Source: an uncultured Methanosarcinales archaeon (GTDB taxonomy: Archaea > Nanobdellota > Nanobdellia > Woesearchaeales > GW2011-AR9). From it: DNA of 64,000 nt. The stretch spans positions 10,491 to 74,490 of the forward strand of contig CAYHXT010000001.1 in assembly GCA_964360675.1 (NCBI GenBank), written 5' to 3'. Within the stretch, counting starts at the first letter, position 1. Every line of letters begins with the position of its first letter. A program made the position numbers and the translations under genes. A model generated the notes under the pieces. The model worked only from the letters and a program-made list of their open reading frames with translations. It was not told where the DNA came from and searched no databases. Of the stretch, positions 27,981-36,135 are shown piece by piece.

Positions 27981-29284
27981 TTTCTTCCTACCCCATAATA
28001 AGCAAATCCTTCTTCTTTTACCAGTTCCGGCTCATAGATATTTCTTCCGTCGAAAATAACTTTCTCTTCCATCAGCTTCCCGAGTTCTGCAAAGTTGATG
28101 CTTCTGAATTCATCCCATTCCGTGATCAGCACTATCGCCGAACTTCCTTTGGCGGCTTCTTCTACTGAATCGCAGTAGATGATACGTTTATTGAATATTT
28201 TTTCCGCTTCCCCAATAGCAGCGGGGTCGTATGCCTTTACTTTTGCCCCGGCGGAAAGAAGATCAAGGATTATTCGGATGGACGGCGCTTCCCGCATATC
28301 ATTGGTCTTTGGCTTGAATGAAAGGCCGAGAACGCTGAACGTCCTTCCTGCAATGTCGCCGTTGAAAACAGCAGTTATTTTTTGCACCATCCTTTTCTTC
28401 TGCCGTTCATTTACGGCATCCACTTCCTCAAAAAGCTTAGCGTGATATCCTTTCTGTTTAGCAGTAGCTATCAGCGCCTTGACATCTTTTGGAAAACAGC
28501 TGCCTCCGTAGCCAACTCCAGGGTTCATGAAACGGGGGGAGATCCGGTAATCCATACCCAAAGCCAGAGTTACAATCTTTACATCGGCTTCGACTTCATC
28601 GCAAATATTGGCCATCTCATTGATGAAAGAAATCTTAGTCGCTAGGAAAGTGTTATTGGCATACTTAATCGTCTCTGCCGTTTCCCAGTCTGTTTCAACG
28701 ATGGGAAGATAAGTTCGTAATCTCCCAGAATATACTTTTCTCATTATGGCCAGCGCCTTGTCGGAATTGCTGCCAAGCACTATTTTGTCGGGATAATTGA
28801 AAGCTCTTACTGCGTCGCCTTCGCGTAAAAATTCAGGATTAGCCACGACGTCAAAAATAATCGGCGTTTTAGTATTTTCGGCGATTATCAAAGCTGTTTT
28901 TCTGGTAGTTCCAGGCGGCACAGTACTTTTATTGACCACAACTTTGTATTCTTTTATGTTTTCTCCGATGGTCTTGGCGACCGCAAACACGTAACGGAGA
29001 TCTGCCGAACCATCTTCGCTGCAGGGCGTATTGACGCAATTGAATATGACTTCGCCAAAATTGGCCGCTTCCGTCGCATCAGTAGTAAACCGCAATCTCC
29101 CCTTTTTTTTGTTTTGGGCGACTAATTCAGGTAAACCCGGCTCGAAAAAAGGGAATTTTCCTTCCTCCAGCGATCTGATTCTTTCCTTATCTACATCCAT
29201 GCATAAGACGCTGTGACCAAGATTAGCTAAGCATGCAGCCGTAGTAAGCCCCACATAACCTACGCCGAAAACGCTGATTTTCAT
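27977..29284 (-). CDS. ugd: UDP-glucose 6-dehydrogenase
   Basis: GVGYVG, KSTVPPGT, NPEFLREG, GYGGSCFPKD, FKP.T.D.RE. Confidence 0.93.
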   Translation of the reverse strand: MKISVFGVGYVGLTTAACLANLGHSVLCMDVDKERIRSLEEGKFPFFEPGLPELVAQNKKKGRLRFTTDATEAANFGEVIFNCVNTPCSEDGSADLRYVFAVAKTIGENIKEYKVVVNKSTVPPGTTRKTALIIAENTKTPIIFDVVANPEFLREGDAVRAFNYPDKIVLGSNSDKALAIMRKVYSGRLRTYLPIVETDWETAETIKYANNTFLATKISFINEMANICDEVEADVKIVTLALGMDYRISPRFMNPGVGYGGSCFPKDVKALIATAKQKGYHAKLFEEVDAVNERQKKRMVQKITAVFNGDIAGRTFSVLGLSFKPKTNDMREAPSIRIILDLLSAGAKVKAYDPAAIGEAEKIFNKRIIYCDSVEEAAKGSSAIVLITEWDEFRSINFAELGKLMEEKVIFDGRNIYEPELVKEEGFAYYGVGRK

Positions 29285-30012
29285 TTTTCATACTCCTTTT
29301 TTGCTTCTTCTAGCGATTCAAAGTTTCCGATGTCGAACCAGTGCTGATCAAATACAAATCCGTGCACTTCAGAGTTTTTTGCCAAATATCTTATGAGGTT
29401 TCCCGGCGCATCAGCTTTTTCTGTTTTGACCAATGTTTCGATATGGAAAATATCTTCTTTCTTAAACAGGTAACACGCCGTACTAGCCAGGGAACTTTTT
29501 GGTTTAGCTGGTTTTTCTTCAAAATCTATTATTCTGCTCCCGTCAAGTATTCCCACGCCGTATTTTCCTTTTACTTTTTCCGGATTCTTGAGGTCATGAA
29601 AAGCTACCACTGAAGAATTCTTCTGCCGGAAAAAATGCACCAGTTCCGGAAGAGGGAACCCAAAAAGATTATCTCCGGCTATGACCAACAGATCGTCTTT
29701 AATCCTTTTATGTTTAATTACGAAATGGATGTCCCCTATTGCGCCCAGGCGGTCTTCATTGCTTTTAGTGCCGTCATTTATCATTTCAATCCTAAGCGGA
29801 GTTTTTATATTTTTTTCCGCCGCGATAAAGGAGGGATAGAATTTGTCGTTGGTTACTATATACACTTCTTTAATATTTTTAATTTCTTCTATCTTAGAGA
29901 GAATATGTTCAATTATGAGCTTATTGCCCACTTTTAGAAGGGGTTTGGGCTGATGTTCTGTCAATGGATAAAGCCTAGTCGCATAACCAGCCGCTAATAT
30001 GAGTGCCTGCAT
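29281..30012 (-). CDS. Sugar-1-phosphate nucleotidyltransferase
   Basis: LAAGYATRLYPLT..PKPLL, AGDNL, FEEKP, WFDIG. Confidence 0.88.
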   Translation of the reverse strand: MQALILAAGYATRLYPLTEHQPKPLLKVGNKLIIEHILSKIEEIKNIKEVYIVTNDKFYPSFIAAEKNIKTPLRIEMINDGTKSNEDRLGAIGDIHFVIKHKRIKDDLLVIAGDNLFGFPLPELVHFFRQKNSSVVAFHDLKNPEKVKGKYGVGILDGSRIIDFEEKPAKPKSSLASTACYLFKKEDIFHIETLVKTEKADAPGNLIRYLAKNSEVHGFVFDQHWFDIGNFESLEEAKKEYEK

Positions 30013-30112
30013 AAGATAAAAACAAAAGAAAATGCTTTAAAAGGATTATGGAAGATAGGAAGTTAAAAATGAGAACTTTACAGCTAAAAATAATAAAGTA
30101 GATAAAAAAGAG

Positions 30113-30225
30113 TGGACAGCTTACCGGGGTTCCCGCACACTAATGCAGTAAAGCCCAGTACGGAGACGCGCTTAACTTCGGAGTTCGAAATGGGATCCGG
30201 TGAACCACGCCCCTATGACCGTCCA
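30113..30225 (-). rRNA. rrf: 5S ribosomal RNA (stand-alone)
   Basis: Minus strand TGGACGGTCATAGG...CCGGATCCCATTTCGAACTCCGAAGTTAAGC...CTGTCCA; terminal helix UGGACGG/CUGUCCA pairs; conserved loop C CCCAU.UCGAAC and GAAGUUAAGC. Confidence 0.95.
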
Positions 30226-30246
30226 TATGCTTAGTTTTTCCTTCCA

Positions 30247-30254
30247 TTTAAAAA
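30247..30254 (-). promoter_or_regulatory. Archaeal TATA box of the 5S rRNA gene
   Basis: TTTTTAAA on the minus strand about 22 nt upstream of the 5S 5' end; a T-tract follows the 3' end near 30104-30109. Confidence 0.6.
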
Positions 30255-30311
30255 GATTACGACTTTTTTTTCATAATTCTTTAAATAACAGCCATAATTC
30301 TTACCATAATA

Positions 30312-32099
30312 ATGGTGGTTCTGGATACGGCAATTATTCTGGCGGGCGGGTTAGGAGCCAGACTCAGGCCTCTTACAGAAGCAATCCCCAAACCTTTAGT
30401 TCCGGTTCACGGAAAACCTATCCTTGAACATACCATCAAACAGCTTTCCAAACACGGCGTTAAGAACATTATCATTTCTGTTGGATATAAAGCTCAACAA
30501 ATCATGGAATGTTTTGGCGATGGTTCAAGATGGAAGCTTAAAATATCTTATATTGTGGAATTAGAACCTTTGGGTACCGGCGGCGCAGTTAAAAAAGCAG
30601 CGTTGGGATTACAAAAACCTTTCCTGTTGGTTTGGGGGGATAATCTGATGGATATCAATTATTCTCAGATGAAGAAAGAGTTCTATGAAAATAATGCTTC
30701 CATCATGATGGCGCTCACGCACCGGGAAGATGTAGAAAATTTCGGGGTGGCCAAATTAGATAAAAATAAAATTGCGGCTTTCATAGAAAAGCCAAAACGG
30801 GAAGATGCTCCCTCCACTTTTATCAATGCAGGAGCTTTTGTCTTGGATCCTTCCTGCCTGAGAATTCTACCTGAAGGCAAGTCTTCTATTGAAAAGGATT
30901 GTTTTGAAAAGCTGGCTTTGCTGGGAGAGATATTTGCATTCATCCACAAGGGGCAATGGTTCCCTACCGATACGCTGGAAAAGTATCATCATGCCAACGC
31001 TTATTTTCAGCCAGATATCAATCTAAAAGAAAAAAAGGTAATCATTGCCGACGTGGACGACACTATCTGCGAAACCTGCCAGCAGATTTCTGCAGAGATG
31101 GCTGAACAAATCTCGCGCATGATCAAAAATGGATATGAATTTGCCTTTATCAGCGGAACTAAAATAGATGATCTGCAAAAAATGATATCTTCAAGGGTAA
31201 AAGGCAAACATCATCTTCTGGCTACAACCGGAACCAATTATGCCGTAGTGGAGGATGATAAAGCGGAAGTAAAATATGCTCTTCTTTTCTCAGAAGAAGA
31301 AAAAAAAGAAATCCTGCTTGCATTTGAGAAATTAATATCTCATTTTAATATAAATTCTGTTACCACCAAAGAAGATCAGCTGCAGGACAGAGGTTCGCAA
31401 ATCACTCTTTCTGCCATCGGCCGAAACGCGCCGTTGGAATTGAAACAGAAATACGACCCCGATGCCTCAAAGAGGAAAACATGGGTTGAATTTCTAACGT
31501 GGCATCTGGATGAAACCAAATACGATATAAACATCGGCGGAACTACGTCCATAGACGTGACGCGCGGCGGGTCGGATAAAGAGCAGGGCATAAGAAAGTT
31601 CGCTGAGCACAATGCCTTTCCGCTGGACAGCATTCTCTTTATAGGAGATAAAATCTTTCCCGGAGGAAACGATTTTCCGGCAACTAAAATAGTTGATTGT
31701 ATTTCCGTTAAATCTCCGTATTATACCCTCAAGGAATTGCGGAAACTAGAAATTATGAACGAGATTATAACTGTGGAAAAACCATGGGGAAATTTTGAAC
31801 GATTTACCTGCAATGGCCCTTCTACAGTGAAAATATTGGAAATCGAACCGAATAATCGGCTTTCATTACAATCTCATCGGCATCGCGATGAGTTATGGGT
31901 GGCGCTCGATGAGGGGGCAGTCGCAGAAATAGATGGCTTGAAATTCCCCCTTAATCGCGGCGGAAAAATAGTTGTGCTTAGGGGCACGAAACATCGCATT
32001 TATTCTGCCAACGAGAAAGTAAGGGTGTTAGAGATATCTTTTGGTATTTTTAACGAAGATGATATAATAAGATATGAAGATGATTTCGGAAGAATTTAA
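30312..32099 (+). CDS. Trifunctional fusion: NDP-sugar pyrophosphorylase + HAD-IIB phosphomannomutase-like + cupin (type II mannose-6-P isomerase-like)
   Basis: LAGGLG.RLRPLT..PKP; DVDDT, QDRGSQI, GGTTSID, FIGDK.FPGGND; EKPWG, LSLQSH..R.E.W, EDDIIR.EDDFGR. Confidence 0.85.
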   Translation: MVVLDTAIILAGGLGARLRPLTEAIPKPLVPVHGKPILEHTIKQLSKHGVKNIIISVGYKAQQIMECFGDGSRWKLKISYIVELEPLGTGGAVKKAALGLQKPFLLVWGDNLMDINYSQMKKEFYENNASIMMALTHREDVENFGVAKLDKNKIAAFIEKPKREDAPSTFINAGAFVLDPSCLRILPEGKSSIEKDCFEKLALLGEIFAFIHKGQWFPTDTLEKYHHANAYFQPDINLKEKKVIIADVDDTICETCQQISAEMAEQISRMIKNGYEFAFISGTKIDDLQKMISSRVKGKHHLLATTGTNYAVVEDDKAEVKYALLFSEEEKKEILLAFEKLISHFNINSVTTKEDQLQDRGSQITLSAIGRNAPLELKQKYDPDASKRKTWVEFLTWHLDETKYDINIGGTTSIDVTRGGSDKEQGIRKFAEHNAFPLDSILFIGDKIFPGGNDFPATKIVDCISVKSPYYTLKELRKLEIMNEIITVEKPWGNFERFTCNGPSTVKILEIEPNNRLSLQSHRHRDELWVALDEGAVAEIDGLKFPLNRGGKIVVLRGTKHRIYSANEKVRVLEISFGIFNEDDIIRYEDDFGRI

Positions 32100-32177
32100 A
32101 AAAATATAAAAATAATTTTTTGAAGTCAAGGTAAAAAAAGAAAAGGGTTGCTTTTCTTGATTTTTGTTCAATGCTTT

Positions 32178-32441
32178 TTAAGCTTCGTCTTCGTCAGATT
32201 CTTCAGAATCTTCACGAGGCGTTTCTTGCACAGGACTAGCTTGTCCTTTCTCAAGCAATTGAACATTTTGAGCTTGCTTTCCTCGTTCGGTGTCGACAGC
32301 ATCGAAAGATACTTTATCGTTTTCACGTAATCTTAATCCTCGAGGCACTGCAGTGTAGTGCACAAAGTATTCCTGTCCATCAGTTGAAACGATGAAACCG
32401 TATCCTTTTTTTCCGTCAAACCATTTTACTGTTCCTTCCAT
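32178..32441 (-). CDS. Cold-shock domain protein with acidic tail
   Basis: MEGTVKWF..KKGYGFI, YFVHYT (RNP1/RNP2); GGAGG SD before ATG 32441. Confidence 0.92.
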   Translation of the reverse strand: MEGTVKWFDGKKGYGFIVSTDGQEYFVHYTAVPRGLRLRENDKVSFDAVDTERGKQAQNVQLLEKGQASPVQETPREDSEESDEDEA

Positions 32442-32609
32442 TTTATTTACTCCTCCTAAAGAATACGCCCGGCAAGATACCCAGCGCATTTACTTGTGTT
32501 TCCTTATCCAAACCATCTGATTTATAAATCTACCCCTCATTAATTTGATTTTTGAGTAGACTAATAGTTTTGAACGCCCCACGGAAAATCTAACCTTAAA
32601 TTTCCGTAA

Positions 32610-33605
32610 TCACATCTTCTGTGCTTTTTTTTCAGTCATACTATACCTGCCGTAGAAAGTTAGTATCAGCGCTCCTACAGCAACGAGAAAATAATAAGCT
32701 ATTACTCTATCTAGCAACACGCCGCTGGTTACCAATCCTTTCGGCAGGGAGGGGACCAGCTGCGTGATTATTTCTGCTGCCGAGAGTTCTGTTACCCCTA
32801 TTCCGCCAGGGATCATGGTGACTACACCTATAAGAATGGAGGCAGTAAAAGCAAACCCTACCGCTGCCAGTGAGACGCCAAGACCGGCCATCTGCAGCAG
32901 CAAATAAAAGCGGACTATTTCTATCCCGTTGATTGCTATGGAAAATAAAGTCATGCCGGTGACGTATCTTTTTTCTAATCGCGATAACCCTTCAAAAAAA
33001 GAAGTTAAGAACTGCCGTATTTTTTCCCTGGCGTTTTCTTTTCTTACAAATATAAACAGGAATCTTTCTATTATAGAAATCCAATAGGGCGTGAAAATCG
33101 TCACAAAGAAAAAGAAAATCAATACAATAATTACCGCTACTAATGCTGGCAATATGAAACTTATACTGATGGAGGTTGATAAAAAGAGTATGCCTAAGGT
33201 CATAATTATCAATAAGGAAACTAGATCCATTACTCTTTCTATGCTTAGCGCCGAAACGGAACGGGAAAGCGGGACGTCGTACTCGGTTTTCAGCATGAGC
33301 GGCCGGGTTAACTCTATTCTGCCAGGTACGATACTGCTGCCGGCAATTCCCGCTAAGACCGTGCTGAAAGAAAATTTCAGCGGTATTTTGACCGCAGTTA
33401 TCTTGTGAATAAGCAACTGCCACCGCACCGCTTTTAAAAATAGGTCTAATGCCGTTAGTGATAATAAGATGATTATATTTATCAATCCTATCTCCCGCAA
33501 GCTCAATGAAAGCAATTCAGAGGGGATATTTTTTATGAATATTATCAGGATAATTACTCCAATTAAAGGCAAGACATAATTTTTTAGCACTTTTTTTGTT
33601 ATCAC
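32610..33605 (-). CDS. Lysylphosphatidylglycerol synthase TM-domain / UPF0104 flippase-like protein
   Basis: RW..L, PGR.E..R, ER..D, PGGIGV.E, R...YY motifs. Confidence 0.82.
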   Translation of the reverse strand: MITKKVLKNYVLPLIGVIILIIFIKNIPSELLSLSLREIGLINIIILLSLTALDLFLKAVRWQLLIHKITAVKIPLKFSFSTVLAGIAGSSIVPGRIELTRPLMLKTEYDVPLSRSVSALSIERVMDLVSLLIIMTLGILFLSTSISISFILPALVAVIIVLIFFFFVTIFTPYWISIIERFLFIFVRKENAREKIRQFLTSFFEGLSRLEKRYVTGMTLFSIAINGIEIVRFYLLLQMAGLGVSLAAVGFAFTASILIGVVTMIPGGIGVTELSAAEIITQLVPSLPKGLVTSGVLLDRVIAYYFLVAVGALILTFYGRYSMTEKKAQKM

Positions 33606-33729
33606 TGCCTTAGTAAGCAGTTTTTGTTTTATATGCTTTGTGCAAAAAGCAGCTAGAGATTGGTTGTTTTACCAAGGAGCGATAAGTTTAAATAAACTTT
33701 GGCGGTGAACAGGTCATGGGCGGTTTGCA

Positions 33730-35484
33730 GTGAAGATTTCTAAAACATTTGGATATTTGTTCTTAATTTTCCTGCTAGCTCTAATTTTACGATTTCTTGC
33801 GGCTTCCTATGTTGATGTGGGCACCGATGAGATGATTTATTCCATCATACCGCTGAATATCATTTCTGCCGGAAGGCTGGGAACGGTAGAGCAGTCTCCA
33901 TTATATTTTTATTTGGCCGATGTCGGATATACCTTTAGTGGAGGTTTAGGACAAATTACTGCTCGGTTGCCTTCCATTATTTTTGGTTCGCTGGCGGTTT
34001 TTTTAGTGTATCTGCTTTCCTTGGAAATGTTTGCTAATAAGAAAGCCGCTTACATCTCTTCGTTTTTGTGGGCGTTATCGGGATATGCGTTGCGGCACAA
34101 TGGTGAGATGGATATGTCTGCTTTTTTCTTTGCTTTATTGAGCCTGTTTTTGTTTATTCGCGCCCTTAAAACCGAATCGCCGAAGTTTTTTTATCTCTCA
34201 GCCATTAGTTTTGGTTTGGCAGTAATGATAAAAAATATTGTGGTCCTATTTGTTCCCGCTTATTTGTTGGTTTTTTGGCTGAAGCAACGAAAAGAAAAAG
34301 CTCTTTCCAAGTCTGCGCTAAAAACAATGATTATAAGCGTGGTTATTTTTCTAGCAGTGCTGATCCCTATATTTGCTTATAATTACCTCACTTATACTTA
34401 TACTAAAGAAGGAATAACCGATGTTTATTTTTCTACTATGCTGGGCATAGGCAAGACCGTACATGCGGGCATGGAGTCTAAACCCTGGGAGTTCTCAAGA
34501 GTATTGCATGTGACAAAAGAGATATTTACGCAATTATTTAAATGGGAAATAATCACTGTCATAGGCGGAGCTCTTGGTACTGCCCTCTGCCTGCGAAAAA
34601 ACAATTGGGTGAAATATAAAGAAGGTTTCCTGCTACTATGGATTTCGTTATTATCTCTTCCTGCTTACGTGGGTGGTTCGACAGCCAGTTCAACACATTA
34701 TTTGTGGGTCCCTATGGTTTTAAGTATTTTTGCTGGATACGGTATTTTTTCAGTTCATGAAATGATATTAAAGAGATTTTCTTTTAAGTATAGTTTGCAT
34801 CTAATTTTGTTAATAGCTATAATAATAAATGTCTTATTTTTCAGTTGGCTAGTACAGAAATATACTTCTGCCAGCACGGTTCCTTTATGGGAATTTGTGC
34901 ATGAAAACATTCCTGAAGATGCTATAGTGGTTATCGATCCGCGGATTTATAGAGGCGTTAATGCTTGGGTTTTTAACGACCGACATTATTTAGAAGGGGG
35001 GCATTTCCCATTGTTGCAGGAAGCTATTGAAAAATCCGCAGGAGCAAAGCAAGAAATCCCCCTTTATTATTTAGAATGCGGCAAGGATAGCGACTACATC
35101 TACTGTGGATGGAAGCCGGAAGATTTTGAAAGAATAAAAAGTGCCGGAGAACAGCTTAGCGCATTTTTAGTGCCGTCGATGCAAAAAGTTGCAGAGATAA
35201 AAACATCAACCCATTTCGTGCTTTACCAAGGGACTATCAATGCTCCGCGACGAGTTTACAACTTCATTGATGGAACCCATACGTTCTGGTTTTATCCGGT
35301 GGGTTGGAGGGGCGGGTCAGCAGTAGATGATTATACTGCCCGCGGAATTGGTGTTTTAGTAAATTTACTGGGGTTCCTAGTGCTCTATCTGGATCTGCTC
35401 TTAGCTTTGGCAGCGATACCGTTTGTTTTTTATCTAACGAATAAAAGGGGGGAAAATATTACTCCTCAAGAAAACAAACAATGA
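33730..35484 (+). CDS. GT-C glycosyltransferase (PMT_2-like)
   Basis: LR...TDE..Y, PLY, ARLP, many TM helices, soluble C-terminal domain. Confidence 0.78.
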   Translation: MKISKTFGYLFLIFLLALILRFLAASYVDVGTDEMIYSIIPLNIISAGRLGTVEQSPLYFYLADVGYTFSGGLGQITARLPSIIFGSLAVFLVYLLSLEMFANKKAAYISSFLWALSGYALRHNGEMDMSAFFFALLSLFLFIRALKTESPKFFYLSAISFGLAVMIKNIVVLFVPAYLLVFWLKQRKEKALSKSALKTMIISVVIFLAVLIPIFAYNYLTYTYTKEGITDVYFSTMLGIGKTVHAGMESKPWEFSRVLHVTKEIFTQLFKWEIITVIGGALGTALCLRKNNWVKYKEGFLLLWISLLSLPAYVGGSTASSTHYLWVPMVLSIFAGYGIFSVHEMILKRFSFKYSLHLILLIAIIINVLFFSWLVQKYTSASTVPLWEFVHENIPEDAIVVIDPRIYRGVNAWVFNDRHYLEGGHFPLLQEAIEKSAGAKQEIPLYYLECGKDSDYIYCGWKPEDFERIKSAGEQLSAFLVPSMQKVAEIKTSTHFVLYQGTINAPRRVYNFIDGTHTFWFYPVGWRGGSAVDDYTARGIGVLVNLLGFLVLYLDLLLALAAIPFVFYLTNKRGENITPQENKQ

Positions 35485-35647
35485 TTTGTTTTCCACAAAA
35501 AGTGAAGAATTCACTTTTGTGCACAAGAAATGAGATTGTTTTCTCATTTCTGTGCTGAAAATAAGTATTTTCTTATTTTCATGCACAAATAGGATAATTT
35601 CCTATTTTGTGTGAGCAGAAATGCGGCATTTTTCACATTTCTTGCTC
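35470..35647. repeat. Array of six contiguous inverted repeats (hairpins) with about 30-nt period
   Basis: GAAAACAAA/TTTGTTTTC; CACAAAAAGTGAA/TTCACTTTTGTG; CACAAGAAATGAGA/TCTCATTTCTGTG; GCTGAAAATAAG/CTTATTTTCATGC; CACAAATAGGA/TCCTATTTTGTG; GAGCAGAAATG/CATTTCTTGCTC. Confidence 0.85.
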
Positions 35648-35691
35648 CATAACCTTTTTATATCATCGTTTCCGAATATTTAGGGGCCATT

Positions 35692-36135
35692 ATGAAAGAA
35701 ATTGAGAACGTGGAGTACAAAGGCAGGACTTTGGCCGTAGTTGTGCGGGCTCATGCCCTGCGCGAGCTTAAATCAGCAGGAAATAAAGTTTCCTTTGCCA
35801 CTCCAGAACACTTCCCCCTTCAAATGGGCATTCACGCCAGACTTAAAGGTGACATAGTTTCTGCCCACTTCCACAGGCCTTTTCAGGAGCTGAAAAATCT
35901 GCCAGTTCAAGAGTTTTTTCATGTTAAATCTGGAAAAGTCAAGATAGAATTATATGATGAGCGGGAAAATGATGCAAAAGTGTCGGAAATTATTGCTGAA
36001 GATGGCGACATGTTAATCTTAAACACCGGACACGGGATGACTTTTTTAGAAGATACTGAATTGGTGGAATTAAAGCAAGGGCCTTACAGAGGAAGAGAAG
36101 AAGAAAAAAGATTCGTTGGCGGGGTAAAAAAATGA
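35692..36135 (+). CDS. Cupin-fold protein of sugar-nucleotide loci
   Basis: AH.H...QE...V..G, GHG.....E.KQGPY; ATG preceded by TTTTTATA box. Confidence 0.65.
   Translation: MKEIENVEYKGRTLAVVVRAHALRELKSAGNKVSFATPEHFPLQMGIHARLKGDIVSAHFHRPFQELKNLPVQEFFHVKSGKVKIELYDERENDAKVSEIIAEDGDMLILNTGHGMTFLEDTELVELKQGPYRGREEEKRFVGGVKK

Noticed and set aside
30200..30427. 75-aa ORF overlapping the 5S gene, and the many short antisense ORFs in the track
   Set aside because: Shadows of an RNA gene or of long, well-supported CDSs
35470..35647. CRISPR array interpretation of the hairpin cluster
   Set aside because: No identical repeats separated by unique spacers and no cas genes
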